Shown here piece by piece: positions 63,257 through 64,000 of a stretch of DNA of 64,000 nt (its first letter is position 1; every line of letters starts with the position of its first letter). The notes beneath the pieces were generated by a model that was given only the letters and a program-made list of their open reading frames with translations, did no database searches and was not told where the DNA came from. The stretch is from Squalus acanthias (lineage: Eukaryota), in the NCBI GenBank assembly GCA_030390025.1, contig JASTWF010000036.1:2294001-2358000 (forward strand), read 5' to 3'. The translations under genes were made by a program, and so were the position numbers.

Positions 63257-64000
63257 GGCCCCGATCTTAATCCAACCCGCCCGGTGGGAACGGCACGGGT
63301 GAGCGGTTAAAATCGGGAAAACAGACCTACCACTCCATTCCTGCCAGAAACTCACCGACTCCTAGTTTTACTCTGCAGCTGATCAAGGTCTCAAATGCAC
63401 CAACCAGAATGAGGTGGTTGCCTCATGAAGAAGTTCAAATAGGGGTCTGATGGACTCTGATGTGATTTTAACTGGGAGGGTCAGAAGGCTCGCCCAGTGG
63501 TGAACCCGCTGAGTAAATCGCAACGGGATTGGCTTCACAAACTGACATGACTGGAAGCTGAATTTAAAGGGACACTCACCTGTAGGCACTTAGGATCTGT
63601 GTGCCATTGCGAGTCGTGCTTTTCCAAGGAAGTTCTGAGCTTCCAGTTTGCTTCTTACTGATTTTGTTCACCCCTTACCCTCATTAAGAATTCATTCCTG
63701 CTCCTCCTGGCTCCACATTCAGGTAGGTTACTTACCTTCTTGCCCGGCAGGTGTTCAGTAGGGCTGGTTTCCCCCGAGTGCAGCCCACGATGGATCTGGC
63801 TGCCTCAGAGGAGACTTCAAGCAGGCGTTAGGCCCCGCACTTGCATATGGCAAACAGCCTATTGTCTGCTTCAGGTGTGGGTAAAGGATGCCTCTTGTTT
63901 GTCCTTACCCAATATGGCGGTCAGCGTACTCCCGGTCGGAAGTGTGCGCGCGCTTCCTGCCTGCCATTTTGGGCCTTAGTAGGCCGCGCAGTGTCTGAAA
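63257..64000. mobile_element. Harbinger-type MITE-like element, probably running off the window edge
   Basis: Starts GGCCCCGATCTTAA; contains CGGTTAAAATCGGG and ACTTACC/ACTCACC motifs like families B and C; right TIR not seen. Confidence 0.5.

Overview
This is vertebrate, not prokaryotic, DNA. The repeat set (HE1/V-SINE, SacSINE1-like DeuSINE, CR1, L2, RTE, Penelope-like elements) points to a cartilaginous fish, most likely a shark (inference). I recognise no host protein-coding exon, so the window looks intronic or intergenic. About half of it is transposon-derived: CR1 and L2 LINE fragments, one 3.4-kb 5'-truncated RTE LINE, several SINE families, about a dozen PIF/Harbinger-type MITEs, and three Penelope-like (PLE) insertions with 14-15-bp target-site duplications (TSDs) carrying minimal hammerhead-ribozyme motifs. 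The most striking observation is that two MITEs from different families have inserted into two separate PLE copies at exactly the same trinucleotide, the predicted GUU cleavage triplet of the hammerhead. Other highlights are a PLE whose inverted terminal copy begins at its predicted ribozyme cleavage site, a CR1>RTE>MITE three-layer nest, an LF-SINE-like element, and a locally templated inverted insertion inside an L2. Family names come from recalled consensus motifs, not database searches. Boundaries without a TSD are approximate.
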